DNA of 64,000 nucleotides from Gammaproteobacteria bacterium (GTDB lineage Bacteria; Pseudomonadota; Gammaproteobacteria; Francisellales; CACEW01): NCBI GenBank assembly GCA_030652335.1, contig JAUSAW010000004.1, positions 11,964 to 75,963 of the forward strand, read 5' to 3'. Shown piece by piece: positions 60,627 to 64,000 of this stretch (position 1 is its first letter; each line of letters starts with the position of its first letter). The notes under the pieces were generated by a model. It saw only the letters and a program-made list of their open reading frames with translations, ran no database searches and was not told where the DNA came from. The position numbers and the translations under genes were made by a program.

Positions 60627-61325
60627 TTAAGCCTCGGTTTCGGCTGATTTAGCTTCAGGTGCTATTGTACCTGAAATTTTCGAGGCTTTTGTTAATTTTT
60701 CGGCCACGAAATAGGCATGCAATTCTTTAGCCACTCTTCTCACTTCGATATGTGCATCGGACTCGGCAGCATAGTCGCCGATATAAAGGCCAGCCGCTTC
60801 GGATTCGACAAACTTAACGCTTTGTGGCACTGAGGCATCGAAGGCATTGCCGTCTTCTTCCAGGACGCTCAATAGGCTACGGCTCATGGTGGTATTTTTG
60901 GCAATGCGATTGCCTAATAATTTATAAGGGCGCCCTGCAGTCATCGCCAAGTCTTTAGCCTCCAATAAACCGGATAAATCCATGCCGCTTGGTGCGGTTG
61001 GAATCACCACTAAATCGGCCAATAAAGCCGCTTTTAAAGCCGCGGTTTGGAAATTGGGCGGAGTATCGATAACCAGATAATCGCATTGGTTTTTAAGTTC
61101 GTTCAGTTGCTCGCGGGCCATTTTTTCATCGACCTGAAACACCATGTCTCTTAGGCTGGCGCTTTTTGCGGCCCAAGACCACGCATCGGGCTTATCTTTA
61201 TCCATATCGGCGATAATAACTTTAAAGCCTAATTCACGCAGGCCTCCGGCTAGATTCAATGCTGTGGTGGTCTTACCTGAACCGCCTTTTTGTTGCAGCA
61301 ATGCGATAGTTTTTGCTTGCGCCAT
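60627..61325 (-). CDS. parA: ParA-family partition ATPase (short, 232 aa)
   Basis: Deviant Walker A motif QQKGGSGKTTTALNLA, with DTPP and the A' box also present. Confidence 0.88.
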   Translation of the reverse strand: MAQAKTIALLQQKGGSGKTTTALNLAGGLRELGFKVIIADMDKDKPDAWSWAAKSASLRDMVFQVDEKMAREQLNELKNQCDYLVIDTPPNFQTAALKAALLADLVVIPTAPSGMDLSGLLEAKDLAMTAGRPYKLLGNRIAKNTTMSRSLLSVLEEDGNAFDASVPQSVKFVESEAAGLYIGDYAAESDAHIEVRRVAKELHAYFVAEKLTKASKISGTIAPEAKSAETEA

Positions 61326-61363
61326 TTTATAATCCTCATATTAACACTTCGTCATATTACCCT

Positions 61364-61385
61364 AGATTCTAGCATGCTAAAATCT
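61364..61385. promoter_or_regulatory. 22-bp near-perfect palindrome AGATTCTAGCATGCTAAAATCT upstream of parA, a candidate operator or parS-like site
   Basis: The central 10 bp (TAGCATGCTA) are perfect and the outer arms are AGATT/AATCT. It lies 39 nt upstream of the parA ATG. Confidence 0.3.
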
Positions 61386-61463
61386 TTCTGGCGAAAAATG
61401 ATTTATTTTAGTAAAATACAACCAAATTAAATGAGATTTATTTTTATATATAAGGGACGTCAA

Positions 61464-62300
61464 ATGTACTTTATTAAAACTGAAATTAACTTGATTAAAC
61501 AATCGCTACAATTTTTGTCCAACAACAAAGATCTGTTTATTTTAATGGCCCTAAATTTGATTTTTATAGCCACGATTATCATTATGCCCTTCGCCTTGGT
61601 ATTAGAAATTGCGAAGATGGACCCTCAATTATCTGGCATTAACCCTATATGGGTTTATTGGAGCTTGCCTGCAGTCGTCTATCTTTTTGTATACTGCTCT
61701 GGAACCTTTATTAATGCCGCGCTAATAAGCTGTATAGCAGCCCGCATGCAAAATCAAACGGCGAGCATAACTGATGGCCTGCGTGTAGCCATAAGCCGTC
61801 TACCTAGCATTTTAGCCTGGGGCATACTTAGCGCTATCATCGGGGTTATTTTACGACAACTAAGTAATCAGGTAGAAAGCAAAAACCCTGTAATGATGGT
61901 GGTGGCGGTGATCTCTATGCCGCTAAGCTTTTTATACGATGTAAGCTCATACTTTATATTGCCCTATATTGTACTGAAAGACCTTAGCCTTAGCGATGCG
62001 ATTAAAGAAGCTAAAAAATTAAGCTTGTTTAGGAGTATTAGGGTTGCATCCATTACCTGGCTAATAGCCATCCCTGGGTTCATGATTATTTTTGCTGTAT
62101 GTTATTTTATAACGAAAGGACAGTTGCCTCTTGATTCGAGATCAAGCATGGTAATCTTTACCATCGTTGTAGCTCTATTAATAGCCATTCTGCAAACCTT
62201 TGGCATGGTGCTTGTAGCTATCCTTAAAAGTGCACAGTTTATTCATTACGTCGAAAATAACACTATGGATTCTTTTAATAACGGAGCATTTTTTAGATAA
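61464..62300 (+). CDS. Multi-pass membrane protein (possibly DUF6159-like)
   Basis: AAGGGA lies 6 nt before the ATG at 61464. There are about six hydrophobic segments. The family call rests on weak recollection only. Confidence 0.45.
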   Translation: MYFIKTEINLIKQSLQFLSNNKDLFILMALNLIFIATIIIMPFALVLEIAKMDPQLSGINPIWVYWSLPAVVYLFVYCSGTFINAALISCIAARMQNQTASITDGLRVAISRLPSILAWGILSAIIGVILRQLSNQVESKNPVMMVVAVISMPLSFLYDVSSYFILPYIVLKDLSLSDAIKEAKKLSLFRSIRVASITWLIAIPGFMIIFAVCYFITKGQLPLDSRSSMVIFTIVVALLIAILQTFGMVLVAILKSAQFIHYVENNTMDSFNNGAFFR

Positions 62301-62391
62301 ATATGTTTGGTGAGCTAGCATTTAGTTTTGTAGACTAGGCCCAGCTACACTAGTTTAGCCTAATTTTTATCTTAAATGGATTGCACTGCAA

Positions 62392-62937
62392 ATGAAATCA
62401 ATAAAGTATCCCGCTTCATCTGACGATCAACAAGTCACCCCTCTTGAAATAATTGCCAAAGATGTAGACGCCCTATTAGAAGCCTTTATCCATTCTAAAC
62501 CTAGCTGCTTAACGGCCATTTTTTGGATGGCTTATCATAGAGCTTCGGTTGAAAGCGCAAGGGCTTTGCGAACTGCACTAATTTGTGAAATTGACGGTAA
62601 ATTCAGTTTTCTTCAAAGTGAAAAAATTACGCTGACTGATACTCAAAAAATTGATGCCGTTATCGAAAGAATTAATACTAAATTACATAATAAAAATAAT
62701 ATCAAAAGCCTTGGTGACTGCCTGGAAACTATTGTCAATCATTTAAAGAATTGTAAAAGAGAGCTTCATAAGTCTACTATCAATGCAGCAAGATACACAC
62801 CACCTTACTCACCCCCTAGAAGCCGACCATCCGATCTAGAAGGAATTATATTCAATTTTGGCTACTCACATACACCAGTTGCCAGGCCACCCATTGTAGA
62901 GGATGCCTACCTGAGCCTACCCACGGGCCTTAATTAG
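62392..62937 (+). CDS. Hypothetical 181-aa protein with a proline-rich tail (RYTPPYSPPRSRPS)
   Basis: I recognise no family. Confidence 0.5.
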   Translation: MKSIKYPASSDDQQVTPLEIIAKDVDALLEAFIHSKPSCLTAIFWMAYHRASVESARALRTALICEIDGKFSFLQSEKITLTDTQKIDAVIERINTKLHNKNNIKSLGDCLETIVNHLKNCKRELHKSTINAARYTPPYSPPRSRPSDLEGIIFNFGYSHTPVARPPIVEDAYLSLPTGLN

Positions 62938-63664
62938 AAGAGATATATTTTTCTCGGCGGATATCTTTAGTAGCAAATCCTGCCGCCACTAAGTGCTGGA
63001 AGGCCTCATCGATCATATTGGGATTACCGCAAAGATAGATTACATCTGCGCCTGGTTTTAAATTTAAACCGTGAAAAGCGTGCTGGACATAGCCTTTATG
63101 CTCAAATGACTCAAGCTGACTTTCTTCACGGCTATAATAGGCATGAAAGCGAAAATTAGCATGCTGCTTGGCGAATTCGATAAAGTCTTGTGCGTAGAGA
63201 CAATCTTCTTTGAAGCGCACACCCAATAATAGGTCGACCGAATAGTTAGGGTCTTTGAGTTTTTCTGCTAATTGAGGCAACATACAGCGATAAGGAGCAA
63301 CACCTGTACCCGTTGCGACTAATACACAGCGTGAAATCGGTTCCTCTTGCAATATTAAACGCCCAGCCGGACCCATAGCCGGTAATTTTTGGCCGGGCTC
63401 CATCTTAAATAAAAACTCACTGGCCACTCCGCCTTCTACATAGGCGATCGCCATGTCCAGCGCATCTGTCTGCCCTGGAATACTGGCAATGCTGTAGCTG
63501 CGACGTTTAGGCTTTGCATCTGCCGAATCAAAACTAAAGGTAATAAACTGGCCTGGCAAATATTGCAAGCCTTTGCCATCTTCTCGAATAAAGCTAAAAT
63601 GCTTAGTATTGGGCGTTAGCGCTTTGACCGATTGTAAAACCAACGTAAATTGTTCGATTGCCAT
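62930..63664 (-). CDS. fpr: Ferredoxin--NADP(+) reductase-type flavoprotein
   Basis: FAD-binding motif RRSYSIAS, NAD(P)-binding motif ATGTGVAPY, and LCGNPNM. Confidence 0.85.
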   Translation of the reverse strand: MAIEQFTLVLQSVKALTPNTKHFSFIREDGKGLQYLPGQFITFSFDSADAKPKRRSYSIASIPGQTDALDMAIAYVEGGVASEFLFKMEPGQKLPAMGPAGRLILQEEPISRCVLVATGTGVAPYRCMLPQLAEKLKDPNYSVDLLLGVRFKEDCLYAQDFIEFAKQHANFRFHAYYSREESQLESFEHKGYVQHAFHGLNLKPGADVIYLCGNPNMIDEAFQHLVAAGFATKDIRREKYISSN

Positions 63665-63764
63665 GTAATGCTTCCTAAAATAACCTAGATCCTGACGAAT
63701 GCTAACGTATTATAGCGAAATAATGTATCATGTTGGCAACAAAATAACGAAAAACTTTAAAACC

Positions 63765-64000
63765 ATGTCCGATACCACTTCAATCCATGAAAAATTATGC
63801 CAAGGTTTGCAAGAGCTGAATCTAGCGGCCAGCGATAGGCAGATCGAGCAGCTTTTGCTGTATGTAGCCTTGCTTAAGAAATGGAACCAAGCCTTTAATT
63901 TAACGGCCATCGACGATACTCTCGAGATGGTCACTCTGCATTTATTGGACAGCCTAGCAATAGCCCCTTTCGTCGATAAAAATGGTCATCATATTGATGT
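63765..64000 (+). CDS. rsmG: 16S rRNA (guanine527-N7)-methyltransferase RsmG/GidB, N-terminal part (3' end lies outside the window)
   Basis: LLKKWNQAFNLTAI...LHLLDSL pattern. Confidence 0.85.
   Translation, partial: MSDTTSIHEKLCQGLQELNLAASDRQIEQLLLYVALLKKWNQAFNLTAIDDTLEMVTLHLLDSLAIAPFVDKNGHHID

Noticed and set aside
62355-62391. A second TTAA-type tandem (CTAATTTTTATCTTAAATGG, 11-bp spacing) upstream of the 181-aa orphan.
   Set aside because: Both half-sites deviate from TTAAT. The box ends only about 16 nt before the ATG, which leaves no room for a -10 element and a leader. This is compatible with chance in AT-rich DNA.
63665-63764. Looked for oriC features (DnaA boxes TTATCCACA, GATC clusters) at the minus-to-plus strand switch near rsmG and upstream of parA.
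   Set aside because: I found no DnaA-box matches or AT-rich 13-mer arrays by eye. The strand switch alone does not place the origin here.

Overview
This 64 kb window is chromosomal DNA from a moderately AT-rich gammaproteobacterium. Coding is dense and about 85% of genes lie on the minus strand.

**Core genes recognised from conserved protein motifs**
- atpIBEFHAGDC, glmU and glmS
- rplU, rpmA and obg, with ispB and tpx nearby
- rpoH and gltX
- a complete pantothenate/CoA cluster
- uvrC, pgsA and gacA (letA/uvrY)
- an RND efflux pair
- parAB, and the 5' end of rsmG
- five tRNAs

**Likely organism (inference only)**
I infer a host-associated, Legionellales-like organism. The evidence is:
- a PanG-type ketopantoate reductase
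- GGGAATGACA-type intergenic palindromes
- a TTAA-N7-TTAA (PmrA-like) box
- many decayed genes
- several orphan genes that look like secreted effectors

No secretion system lies in the window, so the effector reading cannot be confirmed here.

**Main theme**
Classic conserved gene junctions are each interrupted by short accessory insertions:
- gacA-uvrC-pgsA-tRNAGly-tRNACys-tRNALeu
- rplU/ispB
- atpC/glmU
- atpI/parB
- parA/rsmG

**Most interesting signal**
A family of unrecognisable proteins sits at two loci, 19.1-20.3 kb and 39.9-43.3 kb.
- All four carry a poly-cysteine motif (CCxC or CCC, usually followed by an aromatic residue) 16-23 residues from the C-terminus.
- At the second locus they sit next to a protein with an Inc-like bilobed hydrophobic hairpin.
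- I read these as candidate host-lipidated, membrane-targeted effectors.

**Limits**
Everything was done by eye from the sequence and the ORF track. No database search was run. Product names rest on remembered family motifs, and start codons were refined only where a ribosome-binding site (RBS) or a homologue alignment made it reasonable.
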